A stretch of DNA of 63,984 nt, filler included, from a bacterium (GCA_037439705.1; 11 parts of 11 records of this genome joined end to end with filler, not necessarily neighbours in it), one strand, 5' to 3'. Positions 52,661-63,470 are shown, counted from the first letter of the whole stretch. The notes: generated by a model from the letters alone, not told the origin. Translations and numbers: made by a program.

Positions 52661-54537
52661 TAAAGCCACCTTTCAGCCCATTTCCCAAAGATATAAAGGG
52701 GCCATAATTTCTTTCTGTGGTCAATTCTTCCGCTTATATGCTCGTCCATTATTTTTTTTATGGATTCTTTCTTTATGAAAGGAGTTTTTGAAAGGGTCTT
52801 AATCAAATCGTCCTTCAAATCCTTCTTCAACCATTCAGCAACAGGTATGCCAAATCCCTTCTTCTTCCTGTAGATTATTTCTTCTGGAAGATATTTCCTC
52901 AAAGCCCTCTTTAGGATGAACTTCATTTTGAGCCCCTTCATCTTCTTTCCAAATGGCAATTTTGAAACAAACTCAACGAAATCCTTATCAAGAAAAGGAG
53001 CCCTGACCTCAAGGGATACAGCCATTGAAGCCCTGTCAACCTTCATCAGAATGTCTTCAGCCAGGTATGTCCTTTTGTAGATGTAAATCATTCTGTCCAT
53101 AACAGAAAGTCCATTTCCCATTTCTTCAAGTTCAGAAAATGGATTCTCTATGTCCACTTCTTTCAGTACTTCATCCTCAAGGCATTCCTTTATTTCTTCG
53201 GGTGAAAAACCTGAAAGCCATATCTGATTTCTTATGTGATGGGGATAGGGAATACCCTTAATAAACTGTTTTGCTTTGAAGTCAAAGCTCATATCCTTTG
53301 TTGAAACAGGAAGTGATTTTACAATCCTTTCAATGAAGTTCTTTCTTATGAAATACGGGATTTTTTCGTAAATCATGGAAAGTTTCATCGCCTGAAAGGT
53401 TGGATACCCTGCGAAGAGTTCATCACCTCCATCTCCTCCAAGAGCGACGGTAACCCTTTTTCTCGTTATCTTTGAAAGCATGTAAGTTGGAAGGATAGAC
53501 GGGTCTGCAAATGGCTCATCAAGAAATTCAAGAACCTCAGGAATTGTCTCCATTGCATTTTTTATTGTAAATTTTTCAGAGTAATGGTCAGTCCCGAATT
53601 TTTTTGCTATCAGGTTAAAATAATCAGATTCATCAAAGGATTTTTCTTCAAACCCTATGGAGAAGGTTTTTATTTCTTTAGGAGGAAGGATTTCCGCCAT
53701 CATTGCAACAACGCTTGATGAGTCTATTCCTCCACTCAGAAAAACCCCAAGTGGAACATCGCTTATCAATCTCCTCTCTGTTGCTTTGAGAAGGAGCTCA
53801 ACAATTTCTTTCTCAATCTCTTCATCGGAAAGCTCTATTTTCTCAGGAACTGGAATATTCCAGAAAGGATATGTTTTTATCCTTCCGGAAGAATCAAGTT
53901 TGAGAATGTGTGATGATTTGAGTTTCTTTACTCCTTTTATTATTGCGGTCGGAGGAAGGAGGTAGTCAAAAAGGAGGTATTTAACAAGTCCATTTTTATC
54001 AATCTCTTTTTTCAGGTAGGGGTGAAGAAGAAGTGCTTTAAGCTCGGAGGCGAACAGAAATCCGTGAGGACTTTCAAAATAATAAACTGGTTTTTTTCCC
54101 ATTCTATCCCTCACAAGGAAAAGGGTCTCATTTTTTGTGTCCCACAGCCCTATGGCGAACATTCCATTAAATTTTTTGAAACACTCCTCTCCCCACTCTT
54201 CGTATGAATGAATTATAACCTCAGAATCCGTCCTTGACCTGAATTTGTGCCCCTTTTTTATGAGTTCTTCCCTTAATTCCAGAAAATTATAAATCTCACC
54301 GTTGTAAACTAAATGAATTGAATTGTCTTCATTTGTCATTGGCTGTCTTCCAAAAGAGGAAATGTCTATTATGCTCAATCTCCTGTGAGCAAGTCCTATT
54401 TTCCAGCGGTTCTTTGAAGTTAAAATTATACTTCCACAGTCATCGGGACCCCTGTGAATGAGGGAATCCCTCATTTTTATCAGAACATTTTCTTCAATCT
54501 CCCCGTTAAAGGCTATCCATCCGCATATTCCACACAT
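52660..54537 (-). CDS. asnB: Asparagine synthase-family glutamine amidotransferase
   Basis: MCGICG, HRGPD, HRRLSIID, LSGGIDSS, GDGGDELFAGY, EVRAPFLD, KKGFGIP. Confidence 0.95.
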   Translation of the reverse strand: MCGICGWIAFNGEIEENVLIKMRDSLIHRGPDDCGSIILTSKNRWKIGLAHRRLSIIDISSFGRQPMTNEDNSIHLVYNGEIYNFLELREELIKKGHKFRSRTDSEVIIHSYEEWGEECFKKFNGMFAIGLWDTKNETLFLVRDRMGKKPVYYFESPHGFLFASELKALLLHPYLKKEIDKNGLVKYLLFDYLLPPTAIIKGVKKLKSSHILKLDSSGRIKTYPFWNIPVPEKIELSDEEIEKEIVELLLKATERRLISDVPLGVFLSGGIDSSSVVAMMAEILPPKEIKTFSIGFEEKSFDESDYFNLIAKKFGTDHYSEKFTIKNAMETIPEVLEFLDEPFADPSILPTYMLSKITRKRVTVALGGDGGDELFAGYPTFQAMKLSMIYEKIPYFIRKNFIERIVKSLPVSTKDMSFDFKAKQFIKGIPYPHHIRNQIWLSGFSPEEIKECLEDEVLKEVDIENPFSELEEMGNGLSVMDRMIYIYKRTYLAEDILMKVDRASMAVSLEVRAPFLDKDFVEFVSKLPFGKKMKGLKMKFILKRALRKYLPEEIIYRKKKGFGIPVAEWLKKDLKDDLIKTLSKTPFIKKESIKKIMDEHISGRIDHRKKLWPLYIFGKWAERWL

Positions 54538-54630
54538 TTTAGAATTTTATACCAATAAATGCCATCAGGCAAGGACAATGTGTAAATTAATGGATTTGAC
54601 AATTATTTTTTATTCTGATATATGAAATCC

Positions 54631-55194
54631 ATGATTGATACCAGCCAGTTCAAGAAGGGTTTAAAAATAGAAGTAGATGGAGAGGTTTATGAGATTGTGG
54701 ATTATTCTTTTCTTAAGGTTGCCCAGAGGCAGGCAACAGTTAAAACAAAATTAAGAAACATCTTTACAGGAAATATCATTACAAAAACCTTTGCTTCGGG
54801 TGAAAAATTTGAAGTCCCTGAACTGGAAGAAAAGAATGCACAGTTTCTTTACAAAGATGGGGATAACCTTGTATTTATGGATTTGAACACATACGAACAA
54901 TACTCCATTTCAAATAACGCACTCGGAGAAAAGGCAAAGTTTTTGAAAGAAGGTCTTGAGGTTCGTGCAATTTTCTACAAAGGAAGGCTCACTGACATAA
55001 ACCTTCCAATTACTGTTGAGTTTGAGGTGGTTGATACACCCCCTGGAATAAGGGGAGATACTGCAAGTGGGGGTTCAAAGCCCGCTGTTTTATCAACCGG
55101 ACTGGTTATAAATGTCCCATTATTTATTGAAAAGGGAGATATAATAAAAGTTGACACAAGAACAGGTGAATATGTAGAGCGTGTGCGTGGATAA
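54631..55194 (+). CDS. efp: Elongation factor P
   Basis: KTKLRN..TG, QFLYKDG, RGDTASGGSKPA, VPLFI, DTRTGEYVER. Confidence 0.96.
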   Translation: MIDTSQFKKGLKIEVDGEVYEIVDYSFLKVAQRQATVKTKLRNIFTGNIITKTFASGEKFEVPELEEKNAQFLYKDGDNLVFMDLNTYEQYSISNNALGEKAKFLKEGLEVRAIFYKGRLTDINLPITVEFEVVDTPPGIRGDTASGGSKPAVLSTGLVINVPLFIEKGDIIKVDTRTGEYVERVRG

Positions 55195-55304
55195 ATTAAA
55201 TTTTNNNNNNNNNNNNNNNNNNNNNNNNNNNNNNNNNNNNNNNNNNNNTTAATTAATTAANNNNNNNNNNNNNNNNNNNNNNNNNNNNNNNNNNNNNNNN
55301 NNNN

Positions 55305-55924
55305 AGAAAATAAAAGATGTGGCAAAAAAAGAAAAAGTGGATGTGGTGATTGCCCTCTCTCACCTCGGTTTTTCAAATGACCAGGCATTTTTTCCAATGG
55401 TGGAAGGGGTTGATGTGGTAATTTCTTCCCATTCAGAGGATTATTTAAGTGCACCGGGAGCAGGAGGAAAGGCACTGATTTTAAAATCCACAATAAGGGG
55501 ACAGCATCTTGGAAAACTGCAATTGAGAATGAGCGGAAAAAAACCTTTCAGCTTTGTAAAACTTGGATTCGCTACTCCCTCAACCGTCAAATATGACCTC
55601 ATTGCTGTAAAACCAACCGTTGCTCCCCCGAACCCTGTAATGGCTAAATTCCTGGATGAGTATTTTGAAAAATTTAAGGATATGGAGGAACTTTCTTCAA
55701 AATGTCTTCCCTGCCATGCTGACAGAATAAGCAGGTGGTTAATCCATCCTCACTCAAAAAATAATGTGGGATGTTCATACTGTCACGAGGTTCCCGAGAA
55801 GCATATGACAGAAAAAATAAAATTTCTGGACAGAGTCTCTTCCAGAAATTCCTGTTCATCCTGTCACAATTATTCTCCTGAAAAAATAATGGAAATTCTA
55901 AAAAAGAGCGGGTGTGCAAAATAA
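55305..55924 (+). CDS. C-terminal part of a 5'-nucleotidase/UshA-like domain fused to a triheme cytochrome c (5' truncated)
   Basis: VIALSHLG, VDVVISSH, GQHLGKL, then CLPCH, CSYCH, CSSCH. Confidence 0.65.
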
Positions 55925-55927
55925 AAA

Positions 55928-57015
55928 ATGAGTCTCGCAATAGGGATGATGTCAGGCACATCAGCTGATGGAATAGATGTATCTCTCGTCCAGATAAAAA
56001 ACGGAATAAAATTTATCAAAGGCGCTTTTTATCCCTATCCTGCGGAATTGAAAAATTTCATTCTAAAAATTTCAACCATTGAGGAACTGACACGAGCAAA
56101 CTTTGCTCTTGCAGAAGTTTTCTCTGAAGCCGCAAACAGGTTTATAGAATCTCTTGGAATTGAAAAAAAGGAGATTTCCGTCCTTTCCTCTCACGGTCAG
56201 ACAATAAGACACCTTCCGGAATTTGCAAGAATTGGAAGGTTAAAGGTAAGAGGAACTTTGCAGATTGGAGACATATCGGTAATAGCAATGAGAACAGAAA
56301 TAATTACCGCGGGAGATTTCAGACCCGCCCATATAGCAGGTGGCGGAGAAGGAGCTCCTCTTTCTCCTTTTTTTCATAAAAAATTTTTCTTTTCACCAAG
56401 GGAAAAAAGGGCTGTAATAAATATAGGTGGAATTGCAAATATAACCTTTATCAATTCAAAACCAATGTTCGCCTTTGATGCCGGTCCAGGAAATATGGTG
56501 ATTGACGGGATAGTAAAGATACTTTTCGGAAAGGAAATGGATAGAGATGGAAAAATTGCTTATAAGGGAAAACCTGACGAAAAAATTATTGAGAAAATGC
56601 TTTCACATCCATTTTTTAAGAAAAAGCCTCCAAAAAGCACAGGAAGGGAGGAGTTTGGTTCGCCTTTTATAAAAAATTATTGTCACTATCACAAAAATAT
56701 GAACTTTCTCCTAAAGATACGGTAGCCACCGCTTCCGAAATTACGATAAGAAGCATCGTACAGGCAATTAAAAGATACTCTCCCTACAAACCCGAAAGGG
56801 TCATCCTTTGTGGTGGAGGTGCAAAAAATTTTTATTTATTCCAGCGCCTTAAAGAGGAACTGAAAAATGTGTCTTTATCCAGAGAATTTGGATTTCCAGA
56901 AAAATATGTTGAATCAGCGGGATTTGCTTTGATGGGATACTGCCTTTTGAAAAAAATCCCGAACGACTCCGAGGAAAAATTATTGCTCGGGAAAATAGCC
57001 TTTCCTCCTAAATAA
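55928..57015 (+). pseudogene. anmK: Anhydro-N-acetylmuramic acid kinase, frameshifted at the A6 run 56671-56676
   Basis: GMMSGTSADG, SHGQT, GGEGAPL, NIGGIAN, FDAGPGN, PKSTGRE in the first ORF; LCGGGAKN and VESAGFA in the second ORF. Confidence 0.9.
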
Positions 57016-58111
57016 GAACGGGATATTCTTTTTCATAACTTTTTCCATCTATAAGAAGATATTTGAGGCTCTTCCTGCGTGCACCCATTCTCAAAAGTTG
57101 AACGGGATGTTTTATTCTCAAAACCCTTCTGTTTTCCAGTATCTTCTTTGCGGTCTTCATCCCTATCCCGGGCACAAGGAGAAGAACCTCAAGAGGGGCT
57201 TTGTTTACTTCTATCAATTTACCCTTGAAAATTTTTTTATAAATCCCTTCTTTGGGGTCCTCATCTTCCCTCAAAAATCCATCTTCAAAATAAAAATCAT
57301 CGGGTTTTACTCCGTAATTTTTCATAAGATAAAATGCCTGATAGAGCCTGAATTCTCTATTTTTAGAAACCGCTCTGAGATTCTCAAGTGGAGTCTGTGG
57401 AACAGGATAGAATGCGGAATAGTAAACCCTGTCAAGATTGAAAGCCTTTCTCATCAAAAATGTCGTTTTTATTATCTCAGAATCCTTTTCTCCGCAAGCA
57501 CCAACTATAAACTGGGTGCATATTCCAGTTCTTTTTTCCTTTTTCAGCCTTGTCTTATGAGCAAACTCAAGCGGAAAAAGAAGTTCTCTAAAACTTTTTT
57601 CATTTGCTATCTCTTTGAGTTTTTCAGGGGATATGGTTTCAAGGTTTATTGAAACCCTGTCAGCAAGTTCAACAGCCCTTTCAATAGATGAAGAATCAGC
57701 TCCCGGAAGTAGTTTAAGGTGCATATATCCTTTATATTCATATTTTTTTCTCAAAATCTCGGCGGTATCCAGAATTTTTTCCATTGTGTTCAAAGAATTG
57801 TGGTGGATGCCGGAGCTTATAAAAATTCCTTCCGCATTTTTCCTTCTGTATAGTTCGTAAAAGGTTTTTGAAAGGCTTTCAGGGGTAAAGGAAAATCTTC
57901 TTACATCCCTGTCCCTTCTGTTTGCGCAATATAAACAGTTCTTTTCACAGTAATTTGTAAAAAGAACCTTAAACAGAGGGATTTTTTTATTTCCGCATTG
58001 AGCATAGGAAATAAATTCGAACGGATCCGTTCCCTCAAATTCTGCAAGCGAGACAAGAGTTTTAAGTCCCTCTTCGTTCATTGAAAAAATTTTACCACTT
58101 TTTAAATCCAT
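57008..58111 (-). CDS. Putative DNA modification/repair radical SAM protein with a helix-hairpin-helix motif
   Basis: CEKNCLYC; YKGYMHLK; ADRVSINLE; RVYYSAFYP; REFRLYQA; VPGIGMKTA. Confidence 0.88.
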   Translation of the reverse strand: MDLKSGKIFSMNEEGLKTLVSLAEFEGTDPFEFISYAQCGNKKIPLFKVLFTNYCEKNCLYCANRRDRDVRRFSFTPESLSKTFYELYRRKNAEGIFISSGIHHNSLNTMEKILDTAEILRKKYEYKGYMHLKLLPGADSSSIERAVELADRVSINLETISPEKLKEIANEKSFRELLFPLEFAHKTRLKKEKRTGICTQFIVGACGEKDSEIIKTTFLMRKAFNLDRVYYSAFYPVPQTPLENLRAVSKNREFRLYQAFYLMKNYGVKPDDFYFEDGFLREDEDPKEGIYKKIFKGKLIEVNKAPLEVLLLVPGIGMKTAKKILENRRVLRIKHPVQLLRMGARRKSLKYLLIDGKSYEKEYPVLI

Positions 58112-58503
58112 TTTTCCACATTTTAAAATTGGTCATTGGTTAATAGATAGTATCCATTTGTATGAGAATTTATATTTTGTTTAAGTGGAAGAAGATTTTA
58201 ATTTGAGGTGTGAGGTGGTGGATGATGATGGAGGGGAAAAGTGCGATGGATTCAGGGAGATTGAGGGGAAAGGGTTTCCTACTTTCATGGGCTTACTCCT
58301 TCTATCATTTTCATAAGATATCCTAATGGGGGAAGCCCCCTATTTCAACAATTTTCTTTATCATCTTATGAAGAGCCTCCTTATTTTCAGGAACATAAAC
58401 ATTCTTCCATCTCCTTTTCCATACCTTACACCCCTGGATACTATCTCTTAACCCGAAAGAGAATTTAACTTGACTTTATTTTTATTTTTGATAAAATTTC
58501 AAT

Positions 58504-59037
58504 ATGAAAAAATTCTTCATCTTTTTGGGAATTTTCCTTCTTCCTCAACTAATCTGGGGAAAAGAAAGTTATATATTTGTGGGAGCAAACTTTTCACCAA
58601 TGATTGCCATCTCCCATACCTACAATCAGACTCATGATCTTGATATAGGAGGAGGATTGAGGGGTGGATACCTGAAAAACTGGTTTCAGTTTTATCTGGA
58701 TTTACTTTTTTCCGGTGGATTTGGAGGAGAGATTGATAAAGAGAGTTATAGCACAAAAGGTATCTGGCTGGATTTCAATGCCTCCATAAAACCACTGGGA
58801 GATATAGAAAGGCTTTTTCTCTATATTGGTCCGGGCTTTGGACTGGCTTATTTTTCGGACGACAATTTCAGCAAAACCTCCTGGAGCGTAAACGGAATTG
58901 TGGGAGCAGCTCAAAAAATTGGTCCGGGAAGGGCTGGACTAAATCTTGAAATTAAATATACAGGAATAACATTTCCACCAGATACAGAAAATTTAGTTTT
59001 TGCCATTTTTAAGTTTTACTGGGATTTCACATTTTAA
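58504..59037 (+). CDS. Small outer-membrane beta-barrel protein
   Basis: Signal peptide, amphipathic strands, C-terminal Phe. Confidence 0.6.
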   Translation: MKKFFIFLGIFLLPQLIWGKESYIFVGANFSPMIAISHTYNQTHDLDIGGGLRGGYLKNWFQFYLDLLFSGGFGGEIDKESYSTKGIWLDFNASIKPLGDIERLFLYIGPGFGLAYFSDDNFSKTSWSVNGIVGAAQKIGPGRAGLNLEIKYTGITFPPDTENLVFAIFKFYWDFTF

Positions 59038-59040
59038 ATA

Positions 59041-59802
59041 ATGGAGCCTCCATTTCATATAAATGTCCCCATAAAGATGCTTATTGAAAGAATTGACGAT
59101 GTGATAGGAAGAAGGATAAATCCGGAGATATATGTGGATGTGGGAGCACTTAAAAACCTCTCTGAAAAATCAATAGAAACAACAGCAGAAAAACTGAAAA
59201 AAAATGGGTTGAAAACAACCCTTCACGCTCCCTACATAGATTTAAATCTTGGAGCGAGGGACGAAGATATAAGAAAGATATCAGTGGATAGGGTTTTAAA
59301 CAGTATAAGGCTCGTTTTGCCATTTCATCCGGATATGATTGTATGTCATTCCGGATATTTTGACTACAATTATTCCTTCAATTATTCCGTATGGGCTGAA
59401 AATGCATATCGCTCTTTCACAGAAATAGGTGAGGCATGCATAAAAGATGGATTAAAAATAGCAATTGAAAATGTTTTTGAGAGGAATCCCGACAATCTGT
59501 ATTATCTTCTTTCAAAACTTCCTCCGGAAAATTTTGGATTTTGTTTTGACCCTGGGCATGCAAATCTGTTTACAGAGGTTGAAATGAAAATATGGATTGA
59601 AGTTCTTGGAGACAGGCTTTTTGAGATGCACATCCATGATAACAGAGGAAAATACGATGAGCATCTTCCTCTCGGAGATGGAAACATCAATTACGAACAG
59701 ATCTTCCAGATAAAGGGGAAAAGGGTTATATTCACTCTTGAACCTCATAAGGTTGAAGACCTTGAAAGAAGCATATCCGGCTTTCTGAAGGCGATCAGAT
59801 GA
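59041..59802 (+). CDS. Xylose isomerase-like/AP endonuclease 2 TIM-barrel protein
   Basis: HAPYIDLN, IENVFE, FDPGH, HIHDNRG..DEHL..GDG. Confidence 0.88.
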   Translation: MEPPFHINVPIKMLIERIDDVIGRRINPEIYVDVGALKNLSEKSIETTAEKLKKNGLKTTLHAPYIDLNLGARDEDIRKISVDRVLNSIRLVLPFHPDMIVCHSGYFDYNYSFNYSVWAENAYRSFTEIGEACIKDGLKIAIENVFERNPDNLYYLLSKLPPENFGFCFDPGHANLFTEVEMKIWIEVLGDRLFEMHIHDNRGKYDEHLPLGDGNINYEQIFQIKGKRVIFTLEPHKVEDLERSISGFLKAIR

Positions 59803-60626
59803 AACCAATTCTTTTTACAATAAACCTGGGATTCATAAAAATACCGATTCACTCATACGGGGTTATGCTCGCCCTTTCTTTCTTCATAGGAACAACAATT
59901 GCTGCAAGGTATGCACAAAAAAAAGAAGGGATATCAGAAGAAAATTACATCTCTGCCACAATGATAACAATGATAGGAATACTCATTGGTTCAAGGATAT
60001 TCTTCATACTTGAACACTGGGAGGATTATAAAAGAAACCTGCTTGAAATTTTTGCCCTGTGGAAGGGTGGACTTGTCCTTTACGGGGGGCTTTTCGGAGG
60101 CATAATCACCGGAATTATTGTTGCCTGGAGAAAAAGAATTCCCATAGGAAGATATTTTGATGCAGGAGCACCATCAATAGCACTTGGTGTTTTTCTTACA
60201 AGAATAGGATGTTTTTTAAACGGATGCTGTTATGGAAAACCCACAGATTCTCTATTTGGAGTTCGGTTTCCCGAAGAAAGTTATGCCCACAGAATACATA
60301 TAAAAGAAGGACTTATATCTCCTGCCAGCAATCATTCACTCCCGGTTCATCCAACTGAACTTTATGAATCCCTTGGAGGGCTTCTCATTTTTGGAATAAT
60401 GCTTCTTTTAAGGAAAAGAAAAAAGATATACAACGGAGAATATATGATTCAGTTCCTCATACTTTATTCGGTTTTGAGATTGACGGTTGAATTCTTCAGG
60501 GGAGATCATCCAGCCTGGTTCCTTTCCACATTTACAACTCCTCAGGTAATAAGTATCTTTATATTTGTCAGCTGTTCTTTATACGAAATTATAAGGATTT
60601 TGAAAAATAAAAGGAGGTGTCAATGA
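59799..60626 (+). CDS. lgt: Prolipoprotein diacylglyceryl transferase
   Basis: GGLVLYGG, RIGCFLNGCCYG, HPTELYES, EFFRGD. Confidence 0.95.
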   Translation: MKPILFTINLGFIKIPIHSYGVMLALSFFIGTTIAARYAQKKEGISEENYISATMITMIGILIGSRIFFILEHWEDYKRNLLEIFALWKGGLVLYGGLFGGIITGIIVAWRKRIPIGRYFDAGAPSIALGVFLTRIGCFLNGCCYGKPTDSLFGVRFPEESYAHRIHIKEGLISPASNHSLPVHPTELYESLGGLLIFGIMLLLRKRKKIYNGEYMIQFLILYSVLRLTVEFFRGDHPAWFLSTFTTPQVISIFIFVSCSLYEIIRILKNKRRCQ

Positions 60627-61133
60627 AGAAAAAGCTCGGGCTGATAGTTGCGGGAAGTATTTTTGTCTTTGGAAAGGCAGAAGCCCGTTTCTACGATGTA
60701 GGAGCGAGAGCCAAAGGAATGGCCGGAGCTCATGTAGCAGTTGTTAACGACGCCTCAGCAGTTTACTGGAATCCAGCAGCTTTAGCATTTATAAAACCAC
60801 TTATAAGCATCACAATAAATGCCTCCGTACAGGAATATACATATGGAGATTTTATTCATAAGACAAATAAAATCATCAATGAATATGTTGAGGAGGAATA
60901 TGAAAATTATGAAAACAAAATCTCCTACATAAAAGATGTGCTTCCAGAAAAAAATGAACTCTCGCAAAGTGATGTGGGACTTCTAATTGATTTGACAAAA
61001 GATATCCTTGATTTACTTTCATCAGATTTTTACATTGATATAGGGGCAAATGCCAAAATTCCGATAGCATACAAAAACAATGGAACAGGTGGATTTTCGT
61101 TTTACAAAGCAGGAGCATGGTTTGTGCCCGATC
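60623..61133 (+). CDS. Outer-membrane protein with a FadL/TraF_2/PorV-like N-terminus (3' truncated)
   Basis: GARAKGMAGAHVAVVNDASAVYWNPAAL after a signal peptide. Confidence 0.6.
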
Positions 61134-61233
61134 NNNNNNNNNNNNNNNNNNNNNNNNNNNNNNNNNNNNNNNNNNNNTTAATTAATTAANNNNNNNNNNN
61201 NNNNNNNNNNNNNNNNNNNNNNNNNNNNNNNNN

Positions 61234-63470
61234 GGAAAAGGTAAAAAAACATACAGTTCATCCCTCGCCCTTGTCATCGCCACATAGAGGGAGTTTATCT
61301 CCTCAAGCAACTCCTTTGCGACATGTTCCTTGAAAATTTTCACAAACTCCTCATCTTCCCCCCGTGCGTCCTTTATCAAATAATAAAATCTAAGCCCTCC
61401 CTCTTCCCTGTAGGGCACAAATTTTCCATCAAAAACATTATCCTTAAATGTCAGAGAAACCTGAGGTAGAACCACCACAGGAAACTGAAGCCCCTTTGCA
61501 TTGTGAATAGTCATTACCTTAACCGCATCAGTAGAAAAAGGAAGATCCAGAATAAACTCATCCTCATCTTTTCCCCTCTTTTCCCATTTTTTGATGAAGT
61601 CTCCTATGGTGAAAATGCCTTTTCCTTCAAAGGAGTTTATCAGTTCTTCAAAATACTTAAGAAATGGCAAATATTCCGGAAAGAGCTCATAAACCTTAAA
61701 TACGTTAAGAAGCATTACTGTAAAATCGTACAGGGGAAGAAATCCTACTGCCCTGAAGGGTTCAGAAAAGTATGTATCCCATAGTTCCCTGTAATCCTTC
61801 TGGAATTCACGGTAAAGAAACTCCTTTTCTCGCTTTTCTTCAAGCCACCTGTAAAAGTTTTCCGCCTTTATTCTGTTCACCCTCTCAAAAAGTTTTCCTG
61901 TTATAAAAGATGCAAATGGAAATTTTTCGTAAGGAGCATCAAAGAAGCGAAGGAGTTCAACAATTTCCCTCAGAAGAAAATTTTCCCTTATGTCCATCGT
62001 TCTTTTTGATGCCACCGGTATATTTTTTGAAAGGAGAAAAGATGTCCATTTCTGAACATGGTCATTTTTTCTTAAAAGGAAACATATATCAGACTTTGGG
62101 AATCTTTCAAAAATTTTAAATTCGTTCAATTTTTTAAATACTTCCTCATAAATTTCCTCTTTATCGGTCTCCAGTTTTTTTACGAACAAAAACCCGTTCT
62201 CCTTCCTTACCGCAATCTGCGATGAATCGCCATATACCTTTTCAATTTTCTCCACAAACTTATCCATATCTATGTAGTCATGGAATTTTTCCTCTTTATT
62301 AAGCCAGTTTTTAAGATGCTCAGAGTTAAAAATCTCGTTGTTAAATTCTACTATCTCCTTTACGCTTCTGAAGTTCTCCTTTATTATTTCAAGGTTTATT
62401 TCATCTCTGTTGACATTTGGAAACATGCCAGGGGTAGAAACCTCCTCAAACAATTCTGGAGTCCCTCCCCTGAAGCCGTATATAGCCTGTTTCGGATCTC
62501 CCACACAGAAAAATTCACCTTCCTTAGCAAGGGCTTCGTGTATGAGTTTTACCAGGTTTTCCCATTGAGCCCTGCTGGTATCCTGAAACTCGTCAATCAT
62601 GAAATAAAAAATCATATCCCCGATTTTATCAAATATCACCTCGCAGTCGTTTTCCTCTATTATCCCCTTTGCAATCATGTTCAGTTCGTCGATAAAGACT
62701 ATTCTCATTTTTTGCTGAACCTCTTTAAGCTCATCCCTCAGTTTCTTATAGAGTAAGCAATAGGAAGCGTATTTTGCAATTGCCTTTTTTTCCATTCCCT
62801 CCATTTTTGACTTCCCTTCATCATAAAAATCAAAGTCAATTTCTTCTGCAAAATTCGTCTCTTTTTTTCTGAAATCGTTTGCCTTTTTAGAAATATTATT
62901 TTTCACATACCATGAAATTTTTTCATTTCCTGTTGCTTCTTCAAAAAGGGCTGTGACAAAGTCATCAACACTTTTTCTAACTTTATCATCCGTTGCATAT
63001 TTTTTTAGAAGAAGGGCTGTTGCATAATCCATGTAAAACTCAGAAGTTGTTATCTCCATTTCAGGTGTTAAAAAAATTTCAACAGAAAAAGGAATGGAAA
63101 AAATGAGGTAATTGATGAAGGAATCTATTGTTCTTATCTCAAGGTCAGAGTAGTTATTGATTATGAAATCAAGAATGTTGCTCGCATCCGATTCATCAAG
63201 AGAATAATTTTCCAGAAGATTTTTAAATTGCTGATAAATCTCATGGTCCAGTTTCGGAATTGAAAGGACCTTAAGAGTTTTTATAACCCTTTCCCTCATT
63301 TCATCCGCTGCTGCATTAGTGAATGTAATGGCAAGAATTTTCTTCAGCAAAGCCTTGTCCTCCTTTCCCTTAGAATAAAGGCGAAAAAGGGTATTCAAAA
63401 ACCTCAAAACAAGATTTGTTGTTTTTCCTGCCCCCGCTGAAGCCCTTATAATTGTATACCTTTCAGTCAT
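61234..63470 (-). CDS. UvrD-family helicase, AddA/RecB-like (3' truncated)
   Basis: ASAGAGKT, AITFTNAAA, IDEFQDTS, VGDPKQAIYGFRG, MTIHNAKGLQF, LYVAMTRA. Confidence 0.9.

Noticed and set aside
58141-58460. Short ORFs and a purine-rich tract upstream of the radical SAM gene
   Set aside because: No recognisable motif, SD or RNA structure
60623-61133. TraF-like N-terminus as a sign of a conjugative element
   Set aside because: The motif is shared with FadL/PorV-like barrels; the gene is coupled to lgt and there are no other tra genes
6355-61233. Regularly recurring TTAATTAATTAA flanked by N-runs, resembling a repeat array
   Set aside because: Artificial contig linker; ORF-track proteins ending in X...N or X...LIN are artefacts of it
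232-62756. Numerous 60-180 aa ORFs antisense to or inside recognised genes
   Set aside because: Shadow ORFs with no motifs or translation signals
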